DNA of 64,000 bases from Eledone cirrhosa (Eukaryota), in the NCBI GenBank assembly GCA_964016885.1, contig OZ024741.1, forward strand, positions 103,416,001 through 103,480,000, in the 5' to 3' direction. Below, piece after piece: positions 1 through 11,594 of the stretch. Made by a program: the position numbers and the translations under genes. The notes below the pieces were generated by a model. The model searched no databases and was not told the origin of the DNA. It worked only from the letters and a program-made list of their open reading frames with translations. The first letter of the stretch is position 1. Every line of letters begins with the position of its first letter.

Positions 1-291
1 ATATATATATATATGTATAATAATAATAATAATAATAATAATGCTTTCTTTATTAACCACAAGGGTTTACATAAAGTAAACATTAAGGACAGTACAGGAC
101 AATACAGGACGGTACATATGGGCATTTCTGCGTGTAAAGAAAAAACAGAGGATGTAATAAAAAAATAACAATGAAAAATTCCCCAATAGGGGGGAGACTT
201 CCGAGGGACATTTGTGGAGAAAGCCCATTAAAAGGCCACAGTGACCCTGACCACCAAGGCAAGTGCCCTCTCCCAGTTTTCCACCTTTAAT

Positions 292-2380
292 TTACAGACA
301 CATACTCAGAGTAGGCCCATTCACTCGGGCCATACTTGCTTCTCTCACCCATCTTTCAACAAAATGCTGGGAAGAGAGCACTTCCCTCTATGCCCTGATT
401 TTCCTTTTCAAATGAAATTTGAAAAAGTTAATCAGGGCATCACCGAAGAGGTAAGTGCTCGTCTTCAGCCCTTTCAAACGTGTCCACCATACTATCTCTT
501 TCTCCATGGCCACCAGACAGATAAAAACTGCCTGCCCTTCCCGGCTAAAGGAAGAGGGCGGGGAAATCCTCACGATGGACTCAGCTGATAGCTGGATCCG
601 TCCTAAACGTGACAGCAGGTGTTCGACATAAACCCACAAGTCAGCAATGCTCGGACACTGGACGAGTGCGTGCAGGACGGTTTCGTCGCCCTGCGCGCAT
701 CTCGGACATGCCCGGCTGACGGCACCTCCATGCCTGTATACTTTATTTAGAACTGGCAAAGCTCCTCGGTAGCACTGCCAGGCCAGGGATTTCTGGAAGT
801 TGTCCATAGGCCCCGGCCCGAAAGTCCTTCCGAAGAGATTGGCAAGTTGATTTTCGTCGACGCCTAGAGTTTCTCCAAGTACGTCGTCGCTCTTCCCCTC
901 CACTAATCCTCTATAGAACGCCAAGGTGGAGTTTCCACCGATCACATTGCCCGATTGGTCGAGGGCTGTGAGCGCCTGAAGACATTCCAGTTTCCAAGCG
1001 CTCCCTCTCGGTCTTCGCTTGACCCAGGACTGCAGCTCCGTCAAGGAGACGAGCTGGGGAAAGACGTGTCTAGCAAACGGCGACCACACCTGATCACCGT
1101 CGAGGAAGAGGTGGAGATGTCGTAGCCTGATCGCGTGTCTGCGCATCATCAGCCACGGCGTGCCCAGCCCTCTACGTAGCGGGTGTTGACAGCAGATGGA
1201 CCGCCTGACAATCGGAGCGCGTCCCTTCCACAAAAAGCGAAAGAGCAAACGCTGCAGCGCAGTTAGGCGGGGCTTAGGACATGGTACGACGGTCAGGCGG
1301 TAGTAGATGACGGACGCGATGTACGCGATGGCACTTCCGCTCGACCTTTCAGGGAAAGCTTCCTCTCCGCCCATTTCTGGGTGAGAGAAGTCACCCTGCT
1401 CGTCACCTCGTCCCATTTTTTGTCCGTCTGGAGGTCCGGACCGAACCAGACCCCTAGCAATTTAACCGGTCCGTCCGTCCAGCGCCCAACGACGCTGTTG
1501 GACGGCATGGACCTGCCTCTCCAGATGCCGAGCTGCAGGCCCACTGACTTTTCCTCTTTGATCATTGCTCCTGTCACCGCTTCGTATTCTCTTAGTGTAG
1601 TGGCGATCGCCTCGATGTGTTTGGCGTTCGACACCACTACGGTGACATCGTCCGCATATGCTGACACGGATCTTCCGCATCCTAGTTCGCGCGGGACCCC
1701 CCTCAACGTCTCCAGTTTCTGCAGTAATGGCTCGAGAGTCAATACGTACAAGAGGGACGAGAGGGGACATCCTTGGCGGACCGAGCGCATGATTATGAAC
1801 GGTTCCGAAAGGTGACCGTTCACTCTCACCACAGAGCAGATGTCGCTGTGCATGGCAGCGATCCAGCCTCTGAAGACGGGCCCAAAGCCAGCCGCCCTCA
1901 GGACTGCCGCTACGTAACAATGGTCGACCCTATCGAAAGCTTTCGACTGATCTAAATTGATCAAGGACCCACCCATGCCAGGTTCCCTAGCTACCCTCTC
2001 TACGATGTATCGCATGAGGTGGAGGTTGTTGTGGATGAATCTGTCGGGAATGCGCACGTCTGCGCCTCTCCCACCAGAACACCAACGACAAGCGCCAACC
2101 TCTTTGCTAGCACCTTGGCCAAAATCTTGAACTCTGTGTTTAGCAGAGTTATGGGCCTGAAATTATCTATGTTATCCCCCTTGTTCGGATCCTTTCTCAG
2201 CAGCGCCAGAGCTCCTCGGCTCACAGAGCTGGGAATTCTCCCGTTCTGTTGCCAGTTGCAGTAGACGTCCGCCAAGAGGCCTCCGAACAAGTCTGGCATC
2301 TGTACGTAAAGTTCATAGGGCAGACCATCCAAACCAGGCGATTTACCCCTTGTGCAGCCAGTCATTGCCTCCCGTACCAG
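292..2380 (-). pseudogene. Copy A ORF2 remnant (RT plus C-terminal zinc finger, no endonuclease), frameshifted
   Basis: ORFs 2000-2440, 1293-2057 and 388-1416 are consecutive frameshifted pieces homologous to the intact 1145-aa ORF2. The frame ends ...ARVNGPTLSMCL* at about 292. Confidence 0.9.
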
Positions 2381-3187
2381 GGAATTTCGATGGCCGGTGG
2401 AACGTGGGTCACTCTGATCTTCACAAGTCTCTGGCCACAATAGCCTGGGACGAGTGGGAAGTCGTCACTTCTTAATGTGTTCTCTGGCCTCCTGTGATGT
2501 TTCAAAGAACACGTCCACGGTTCCATATTTCTGCCCACGTCTGGTGTGGTTTTTTTTTGCCCACACATGTCCCAAAGCTTTTTGGATTTGGGACTCGGAT
2601 GCCCGTTCCACTCGGCGCGATTTTATGTTAATCGTCCGATAAGACACGGTGCATAGGCGCCGATGCTCCATTTTATTAGGTGTGAGGGGGGGAGGCTGAC
2701 CCTGTACCCATCTTTCTTTACCATTTTTTGGCTTCTTCTAATTCCTCCTGAGTTACCTGGAATGCTTCGCACGTTTTTGCTACTCTGGCAAAAGACAGGG
2801 TTTTCTTATTCTCATTGTTGCTGTCGTTGTTATCGTTATTTTTGTTATTGTTAATTTTAGTTTCAGTTGTAGTGGTGGTGGTGGCGTCAGTGTGTTCGGT
2901 GTGGAAGAGTTCATTTTGGCTGAATTCGTTTCGATATCACGAGATAATTTTTTTTTTTCTTTTGTTTCTGTTGTCGCTGTGGTGGTGGTGGGGGTGGCGG
3001 CTTCAACACCTGCAGTCATTGGTAATGGCGGGAAATGAATGTCTGCCTGAGACAAATTTAAAATATTGCTACTGCTTATATTTTTAGTGTTGGCAAACGT
3101 AGTAATATTTACAATGGTGGTGTCGGTGTGAGGTGTTAGTTTGTGAGGAAGGCTCCCAGCTACTGGGTTCAGCTGTGAGTCGGCCAT
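2381..3187 (-). pseudogene. Copy A ORF1 5' portion
   Basis: TVSYRTINIKSRRVERASESQIQKAL...RGQKYGTVDV...FPLVPGYCGQRLVKIRV aligns with array ORF1 (TVSFRTITNETRKPAQLTESQIELVL...RGKLYASIMV...FFPTYKGRRTQRIRM). Confidence 0.8.
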
Positions 3188-3742
3188 GATTTTTCAAAGA
3201 AATTTTTTTTTGTTTGATAATTATAAAAGTTTAAAATTTTGGGCTCAAGGCCCCAATCTTTTTGAGTGTCCTTTTCAGAAAACAATGTATGTGCACTTAT
3301 ATACAGTTAACAATAAACATTTTCCATAAATGGCAATTTTAAACAACTGAAAATAACAAACCTTTGCGGAGCTCACGATAATACGATTTACTACGTAGGT
3401 CGCCAATAATAATAATAATAATAATAATAATCATTTATTCATTGGCCACAGGGGCTGGCATTAAGAAAAGCATTACAGACGGCACGGGACGGTACAGGAC
3501 GGTACGAAGTGGGTTTTGTGCGTGTAAAGATTTTTATTATTTATATAAGAAACGAAAAAGAAAAAAGACATAGAAACATATATATATATATAAACAATAA
3601 AAATGAAAATTCAAACAATGAAAAATTCCCCAATAGGGGGGAAACCTCCGAGGGTTACTTGTGGCGAAAACCACACAAAAGACCACGGCCAACCTGACCA
3701 CCAGGGCAAGCGCCCTCTCTCAATTTTTTCCCATTCCTCAAA

Positions 3743-6700
3743 CTACAAGCGTATATTCAGAGCGGTGTCGTTCACTCGGACCATTCTCGCTAAATTCACC
3801 CACCTTTCAACAAACTTGCTAGAAGACAGCACTTGCCTCTCCACCCTGATTTTCCTCTTCAAGTGAAACTTGAAAAAGTTAATCAGGGATTCGCCGAAGA
3901 GGAAAGTGTCTGTCTTTAACCCTTTCAACCTTGTCCACCACACAATCTCTTTCGCCATGGCCACCAGGCAGATGAAAACCGCCTGTCCTTCCTCCTCGAA
4001 GGAAGACGGCGAGATCATCTGCACAATGGACTCAGTCGATAACCGGATAGGTCCTACACGCGACAGCAACTGTTCGACATAGTTCCACAAGTCATCAATG
4101 CTCAGGCACTGAACGAGTGGTTGAACGATGGTTTCGTCGCTCTGCGCGCATCTCGGACAGGCTCGGCTGACGGCACTCCGTCCCTGTAGAGCTTATCTCG
4201 AACCGGCAGCGCTCCCCGGTAGCACTGCCAGGCCAGGGATTTCTGGAAGTTATCCATAGGCCCTGGGCTGAAAGTTCTCCGGAAGAGAGCAAACAGCTGA
4301 TTTTCTTCGACGCCCAGGTTCTCTCCGAGAACGTCGTCGCTCTTCCCCTCCACTAGTCCTCTATAGAACGCCGAGGTGGATGTTCCACCGATACTGGTGC
4401 CCAGCTGGCAGAGGGCAGTGAGCGCCTGGAGACATTCCAGTTTCCAAGCGCTATCCCTCGGTCTTTTCCTGACCCAGGACTGCAGTACCGTCAAGGAGAC
4501 GAGCTGTGGGAAAACGTGCCTGGCGAACGGCGACTACAGCTGTTCACCATCAAGGAAGCACCAGAGATGTCGCAGCCTCAGCGCATGTTTGCGCATCATC
4601 AGCCATGGCATTCCCGGTCCTCCACGCAACGGGTGTTGACAGCAGATGGATCATCTGACCATGGGAGCGCGTCCCTTCCACAAAAAGCGGAAGAGGAGGC
4701 GCTCCATTTTGGTGAGAGTTGGGCCGGGGCAAGGGACGACGGTGAGGCGGTAGCAGATGACGGATGCGATGTACGCATTCGCCATCTCCGCCCGGCTTTA
4801 CGGGGACAGCTTCCTCTCGGCCAATTTCAGGGTGAGGAAGGCCACCCTGTTCGTCACTTCGCTCCAGTTTTTCTCCATCTGGAGGTCCGGTCCGAACCAG
4901 ACCCCGAGCAATTTAACCGGTCCGTCCGTCCAACGCCCCACGACGCTGTCGGACGGCATGGACTTGCCTCTCCAGGTGCCGAGCTGCAAGCCCACCCACT
5001 TTTCTTGGTTTATCTTTGCTCCTGTCACCGCTTCGTATTCCTTGAGAGCGGTGCCGAGCATCTGGACGTGTTTGGTTCTCGACACCACCACGGTGACCTC
5101 GTCGGCGTAAGCCGACTCGGATTTTCCGCATCCTAGTTTACGTGCGATGCCCCTCATCGCCCCCAGTTTGTGCAGTAACGGCTAGAGAGCCAATACGTAC
5201 AAGAGGGACGAGAGGGGACAACTTTGGCGGACCGAGCGCATGATGCTGTACGGCTGCGACAATTGACCGTTCACCCTTACAACTGAGCAGATGTCGCTGT
5301 ACATCGCAGCGATCCAACCCCTGGAAATGGGCCCGAAACCGGCTGCCTCGAGGACCACCGCCAGGTACCGATGGTCGACCCTATCGAATGCTTTGGATTG
5401 ATTCAAGTTGATCAGGGCCACACCCGTATCAGGTTCCTTAACCACCCTCTCTGCGATGTATCGCATGAGGTGGAGGTTGTCGTCTATGGATCTGTCCGGA
5501 ATGGCGCATATCTGCGCCTCTCCCACCAGACCCTCGACGACAAGCGCCAACCTCGTTGCTAACACCTTGGCCAAAATCTTGAACTCTGCGTTTAGCAGAG
5601 TTATGGGCCTGAAGTTATCGATAACATCCCCCTTGTTCGGGTCTTTTCTCAGCAGCGCCACCGCTCCCCGGATCACAATACTGGGAATGTTCCCGTATTT
5701 CACCGGCTGTTATTGGCTTTTCGCAACACTGTGCTGCGGTCGTCGAGAGCCGAGGCAGTCTGTCGAGGTATGTACTGAAGTTCATACCCCGACCGGCTCG
5801 CCGCCGCTGCCGAACAGTTCAGCAAAGTGCTGTTGAAAAGCCTCACACATATGCTCGGCTTCGAGCAACACGTACCCGTTTTAGTCAGACAAAGACCGAA
5901 TTGTGGCTTTGTTGCCACGTCGCCCCTCTGCCACTCGGGCCCATTGGACGGCTTTCGTCCCCTCGTGTTTCAGAGCACGCGCTCTAGCTCTGACAACGCA
6001 GCCTTCGTGTTTTGCGTTGAAGAATTGGTCGAGTGCCAATCTCGCCGCAAGCACGTCGGTTGCGATGTCTGTCCTAAACGTCTCTTATAGCTTTCTGACT
6101 AGCTCTCCCTCTACTCTATTTTTCCTCTATCGCTACTCCTTTGCTCAACCTAATCGACTCTACTTTAATTGCCCTTTTCAGGGCAAACCACCATCTGTTG
6201 TTGACGACCGCTCCCGTCAACGCCCGCTTAACAAATACGCTAATCCGGTCTCTGTAGGCTTTGCGCGCCGGGAAAGACGCGTTCAGCTTCCAGTAACCAG
6301 GTCCTTGTCTATGAAGTCTGTCTATGTCGATCTCACAGATCACAAATTTGTGGTCTGTGTAGTCGACTATTTTAAATTGTGGACAACCTATACTAGCCCT
6401 ATCTAGTTCCCTGCAGAATACCCTATCTAGATACGATCTGGATGACCCGATGCAGTTTGTCCATGTCCACATTGGCACATTCGGGTGATCCAGTCGATAC
6501 CTGTCAGACAGTTCAAAACGTCTGAGGAGGTTGGTGAGGCTCTTACACCCTCCTCGCCTATCCACTAGCCCCACACAATCCCAGCGTGCATCCAAGATAC
6601 CGTTCCAGTCGCCCACTAACACTAAAGAGCGGGACGTTCCCAGAAAGGTCTCTAGACGTCTGAAGAAATCTAGCCGTCCTGTCCCTGTTGGGGTATAGAC

Positions 6701-7035
6701 GGCTACTAGCCTGAAAGCGTTGCCTTCGGTGTCGTTCACGTCCAGCACCACCGACTTACCTTCTGGGTCCAGGAAGATGATCCGTATGGCGAGACCCAAG
6801 GATTTCCGAAATAATACAGCCACACCCTCCCCCCCCCCGCTCCCGGACGGCTCAGAGATGCGTACACCTCGTAACCGTCGAAGATCGGTGCGAAAGCTTG
6901 CGTTTCGGAGATTCTCATCTCGCTGATGGCCACCACATCTATGTTTAGTGACCTGAGGTCGTTAAAAAAGTGACCCTGCTTCCAAACCGAGCTCAAGTCA
7001 CGCACGTTTACACTTCCGATCCTGAATACGGCCAT
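3743..7035 (-). pseudogene. Copy B ORF2 (APE endonuclease-RT), multiple frameshifts and a deletion near 5700
   Basis: Starts MAVFRIGSVNVR at 7035 in a CCAACATGG context. Pieces 6116-6823, 5182-5703, 4798-5157, 4102-4494 and 3743-4090 match the intact ORF2 in order. Confidence 0.9.
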
Positions 7036-7071
7036 GTTGGGTGAGGAACGGGGCAAGTGAGAAAGGATCAC

Positions 7072-8732
7072 TTACCTTGATGTCTGGTGTAGGGACCGTT
7101 GAACTGTCCCTTCAGCTGGTCGTCGGCTCTTCTGTGAGTATATCCGAGTATACTATCCGGTTGAGTGTCCCTCCTAGGTCTCTGAAATCACCAACTGCGT
7201 TGGGGAATTTCATTTTAATGTTAGTATATTGTTTCTGTGATATTCTTACCAGTCTTATGTTCGATGGTGTTTTTATTGGTGCTGGTATTATGTAGTCGTG
7301 CTATGAAATGTCTGTGTTCAATTATATAAGTCATTAGTTTCTTGTTGTGTGTATTTATTGCTGTACATTTCTTTTTTTGGGGGTAGGATGTGGTTTTGCT
7401 ATTTTCTTGTCGTTGTTGCTGGGTGTGTGTGTTTTGTAGTTGTGTTTACGATGTTGGTGCTTGTGGTGGTGGTGTTGAAGGTGTTGTTGTTGTTGGCGGT
7501 GGGGTTGACGCCGTTGGTGATGGTAGTGCTAGTGTGGGTGGTGATGATGTTGGTGGTTATTCACCCTTTTTTCATCTCTTCCCTCCCTTTTCGAAGGTAA
7601 CGATGCGCTGCTTCTGCGTTTGTGCCTTCTTGCGACCGTTTGCCATCCCTCTCCTACCTCACACTCCATGTCGATTCTGTGACGTGGGGGAGGGGTACCA
7701 GCTCCAGTCTTTCACTTGTTCTTGTTGGTGATGTTTGGAGTGGAGTCTCTGTTGCAGCTGCAGTTGGTATTACTGTTGTTGTTAATACTTCCACTGCTGC
7801 TGCTGTTCTTGATTTCCGTGGCGTGGGTATGGGTGCCACGGACCTATCCTTCCTGCTTGCCGCCTGTCCTGTTGCTGGCAGCAGTGGAGCCGGTTTCGGA
7901 AGGAGGGGGTTTTCTCCTTTCTCAGGGTCTTCTCATTGCAGAAGGCCCTGAGATGAGTCTTCGACCCACAGCGAAAGCATTTCGGGCGTTTGCCCTCAAC
8001 ACTTATGGGAAGTTGAGTGCCGTTATCGAAGTCTATCACATCCGGGATAGCTTCGATGCACTCCTGGTTGGTTTGAATTAACATCTCAATGGAGGCGCCG
8101 ACCCAATCTTCACGTATTTTTTTCTGTACTTGCAGTACGGTTGTTTTGTCCTCGATACCGACGAGGACAGACGCGGCCAGCCAAGAAGGGGCCATCCCGG
8201 TGGGTGGGTGGGGGCGGGACTTGGGTCAGTTTGACCCTCACAATATTTTGCCCGCTGTAGGAGGGCACCAACACCATTTCCTCGCTCCTTAGGGTCACTA
8301 AGGATTAAGCCTTTGCCTCCTGGGGTGTGACAAAAAGCACGTCCACGGTGGCATATTTCTTGCCTCGGGTGATATGCGTTTTCCGCTGCCACACAAAGGC
8401 TTTTTGTATTTGAGCCTCTGTGGCTCTTTCAACCCTACGTGATTTTGTGCTTACTGTACGGTACGTGACCGTACAGTGCTGTTGGGTTTCGAAAAATTCT
8501 TCGGCTGCCTTGCAGATTGCTCGGTGTCCTGTTTTCGTCACCATCTTCCTTGCTTCCTGTAATTCCTCATTTGTTATAAGGATGGTTTCCAGGTTCTTTG
8601 CGATACCTGCAAACGAGATTGGTTTTTCTTTCTTGTTGTTGTTGTCGTCAGAGCTGCTGTTACTTTTGTTGTTGCTGCTGGTATTACGACAGCCGCCGCC
8701 GCTGTTGCTGTTGTTGTTGTTGTTGTTGTTGT

Positions 8733-8782
<50 letters not shown>

Positions 8783-9158
8783 TTGTTTATGCTGCTGCTG
8801 ATGTTGTATTTTCCTCGCCCCTGTTGCTGCTGCTGCTGTTATTATGGCTGCTGTTGCTATTCTTCATGACGTCAGACGAATGAAATGGCTTTCCGTATTT
8901 ACCGCACACATCTTTCGTTGTTGTCGTCGTCATGGAGAAATGTTCCACGGTACGCGCGTTCTCTTGATGAAGAACGCTACGAGAAACTACATTTTTCTTT
9001 TTCTTTAATGGCGTCGCTTATGAAAGAGGCAACAGAGGCGACACCACATTTAGAGAAGGGAGGGAGAGATACAATCTTTTCGCTGACGTAATGACGATTG
9101 GAGAAGAAGAAGACGGAAGGAGTGGGAGTGACTTGTGAAAATTCTTTTTTGTAGCCAT
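7072..9158 (-). pseudogene. Copy B ORF1 (gag-like, CX2CX4HX4C knuckle, poly-Gln tract), disrupted
   Basis: ATG at 9158. Pieces CTVTYRTVSTKSRRVERATEAQIQ and ISVEGKRPKCFRCGSKTHLRAFC. (CAG/CAA)n at about 8700-8860. Stop TAA at 7074-7072. Confidence 0.8.
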
Positions 9159-9393
9159 TTTTTACGGTTTAAAATGAATATTGGGCACAAATCCCCAATA
9201 ACTGGTTATTTAACCCCGAAGGGCCAAATAACGGGCAGAAAGACCCCTCTCACGAGGAGAGGGTGTCTTTATCTACAATTTGGTTAAAGTTTTAAACAAT
9301 TTACAATTGTTATAACGGTTAAAATTTACAATACCTTACAGAGCCGAGCCTCCGTCAACTATAGCATTCAATAATAATAATAATAATGATAAT

Positions 9394-9583
9394 AATTGTT
9401 TCTACTTTTGGCACAAGGCCAGTAATTATCCCAGTGTATTGCTGGTACTTTATTTTATTGACCCCGTAAGGATGAAAGCAAAGTTAACCTCGGCGGGATT
9501 TGAACTCAGATCATAAAGGGCCGTAACTCTTTGCTGCAAAGCATGGCGTCCGACCCTCTACCGATACTGCCAATCCACCGCCC
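9394..9583 (-). mobile_element. tRNA-derived SINE, family 1
   Basis: A-box TGGCAGTATCGG and B-box GAGTTCAAATCC on the minus strand. Near-identical copies at 18643, 56867 and 63741. Sits in (AAT)n. Confidence 0.85.

Positions 9584-9650
<67 letters not shown>
9584..9650. repeat. (AAT)n microsatellite
   Basis: Direct reading. Confidence 0.97.
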
Positions 9651-9651
<1 letters not shown>

Positions 9652-9886
9652 GTGAGTAAAATCGAAGTTGCAGCTGCGATTAGCATTTTTCGAAATCAAT
9701 CTTCGGAAGTTGGCACGAAGCACTCAGTGAGATGATATCAATAAATCGATAAGTTATATCTCTAGTTGAGAGTAATAACAATACGTTAGGGGGTGTGACA
9801 CGGTGAAAATTACTCTATATCTATGAAGTGTTTCCGTAGGAAAGGTAAAGGAAAAGAGAGTGCTCTATGGAGGCTACAGAGCTTTT

Positions 9887-10104
9887 TAGTTATGTAATAA
9901 ACAACATAAGATAATTATTTCATTTACCAAAGGTTTCACGAAGACAGACGAGCCTGGCACAGACGTCTGACTTCATTCTTCAGAATGAAATTTGAAATAA
10001 AATTTCATTCTGCCGATTGAAGTCAGACGTTGGCCAGGCTCGTCTGTTTTCGTGAAACCTTTAGTAAATGAAATAATTATCTTATGTTGTTTATTACATA
10101 ACTA
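9887..10104. repeat. About 218-bp imperfect palindrome made of two inverted hammerhead-bearing units (Penelope-like pLTR remnant)
   Basis: TAGTTATGTAATAAACAACATAAG... is mirrored by ...CTTATGTTGTTTATTACATAACTA. Confidence 0.85.
9917..9991 (-). ncRNA. Type I hammerhead ribozyme (minimal)
   Basis: Minus strand reads ATTTCATT CTGAAGA ATGAAGTCAGACG..CGTCTGTCTTCGT GAA ACC TTT GGT A AATGAAAT: 8-bp stem I, CUGANGA core, stem II, GAAA, short stem III and a GUA cleavage triplet. Confidence 0.8.
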
Positions 10105-10129
10105 TATATATATATATACATATTATGTG

Positions 10130-10385
10130 AATGCGCATGGCTTAGTGGTTAGAGCATTAGGCTTGCAATCGAAAGGTTGTGAGTTCAATTCTCGGACCGG
10201 GTTATGTGTTGTTTCCTTGAACAAGATACTTTATTTCACGTTGCTCCAGTTTACTCAGCTGAAAATGAGTACCAGCAATAGCTGGAGGTTTAACCTTGCG
10301 ATGGACTGGCGTCCTGTCCAGGGGGGAGTCTTGTACTCTCAGTCGCTTCACGCCATGAAACCGGGATAAGCACCGGCCAAATGAG
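10130..10385 (+). mobile_element. tRNA-derived SINE, family 2
   Basis: A-box TGGCTTAGTGG and B-box GAGTTCAATTC, followed by a non-tRNA body (GTTTCCTTGAACAAGATACTT...GCGATGGACTGGCGTCCTGTCCAGGG). Confidence 0.75.
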
Positions 10386-11169
10386 TCTTCTCGCTCAAGA
10401 CATACTTTAGACTTTTTTAGATACATATAGTTAAAACAGAAAACAAAAACAAAACGAAGAGTGCAGTACAAAGTGTTAGTATTAGGTTAACGCTTGAGAG
10501 TTGGATATATATATATGTATATGTGTATGTATGTATAGTATATATGGCAATATACAGTATGTTTAATTAATAACATTTAGAAGACCATTCGCTATGAGTT
10601 TTAACATAGTGACTATGTCACTTACTTATTTTCGGCTAACCAAACAGGGAGTGATTAACAGTCTGTTTCTCGCTTGTTGGCGTTTATCAAAACCACACAC
10701 TCCGCTGCCTTTGCCGAAAATTATAGAATCTGGATTCCTATAGAATTCCAGTAATATTTAGGAGCTGATTAAGCAGAACGATTGTCGGTCCAGCAAAAAT
10801 ATAGGTATATATATATATTTATTAAAATAACAGATTAATGGCGCTCCAAGACAGAATTACACACATGTATGTACATGATGTATATCGAATAATATGAAAA
10901 ACATTTGAAAGACTTTCGCTGTGATTTTTTAAGCTTGGGACCAACATTCACACATCTAATCTCAGCAAAAGCAAGGGAATGTAATCGACACCGCGTTGTT
11001 GTTCGCTCGTTTGCGGTTATCAAGATTACATATCACCTTTCTTCTGCTGAGATTAAAATAAGCTAAAATCATATAGATTTTTTGCTTATGTATGTGACCT
11101 GATGAAGCTCATCTTTGCATAGGGTGCGGTAGCCAACTCGGCTTAAATAAAAAAAATAGTATTGGTGCT

Positions 11170-11281
<112 letters not shown>

Positions 11282-11528
11282 CACCAACACCCCACTCTCC
11301 AGAGCGTGAAATTAATAAACATTCGTTGTACTGCCTCTCTGTTTTGTCCCTGTTCAAATTTTTCCATTATATATATATATATATATGCAGAGGTTATATT
11401 TAATTTGTTGAGATTCAACAAGCTTTAAAATGTTTATAACTGAAATAAAGCACTCAACAGATTAGTGGAGTAAATATACAATATATTAATATATTAATAA
11501 ATGGAAACTATATTTATAAAACCATAAT

Positions 11529-11594
11529 TATTTTATTATATATATTTCAAGGGCAACCAAGGTAAATTATGGTGCGCTTTCATCAGATAAAATA
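11529..11594 (-). ncRNA. Type I hammerhead ribozyme
   Basis: Mirror copy of 13309-13374. Confidence 0.72.

Larger units (their letters stand above)
43..3404 (-). mobile_element. L1/Tx1-type non-LTR retrotransposon, copy A, internally deleted, bounded by (AAT)n on both sides
   Basis: Minus-strand ORF pieces give RT motifs (NFRPITLLN, DQSKAFDRV, QGCPLS, YADD) and a C-terminal CPRC...HALVQC finger. The ORF1 N-terminus starts at 3187. AATAAA lies near the 3' end. (AAT)n at 17-42 and 3405-3431. Confidence 0.92.
3432..9370 (-). mobile_element. L1/Tx1-type non-LTR retrotransposon, copy B, near full length but decayed, bounded by (AAT)n
   Basis: ORF1 remnant with CFRCGSKTHLRAFC knuckle. ORF2 remnant with APE motifs (GDWN, YLDR, TDH), RT (YADE) and a C-terminus ending at 3743. 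(AAT)n at both ends. Confidence 0.92.

Noticed and set aside
10130-10205. Possible tRNA gene
   Set aside because: A and B boxes are present but the acceptor stem does not close and it continues into a SINE body.
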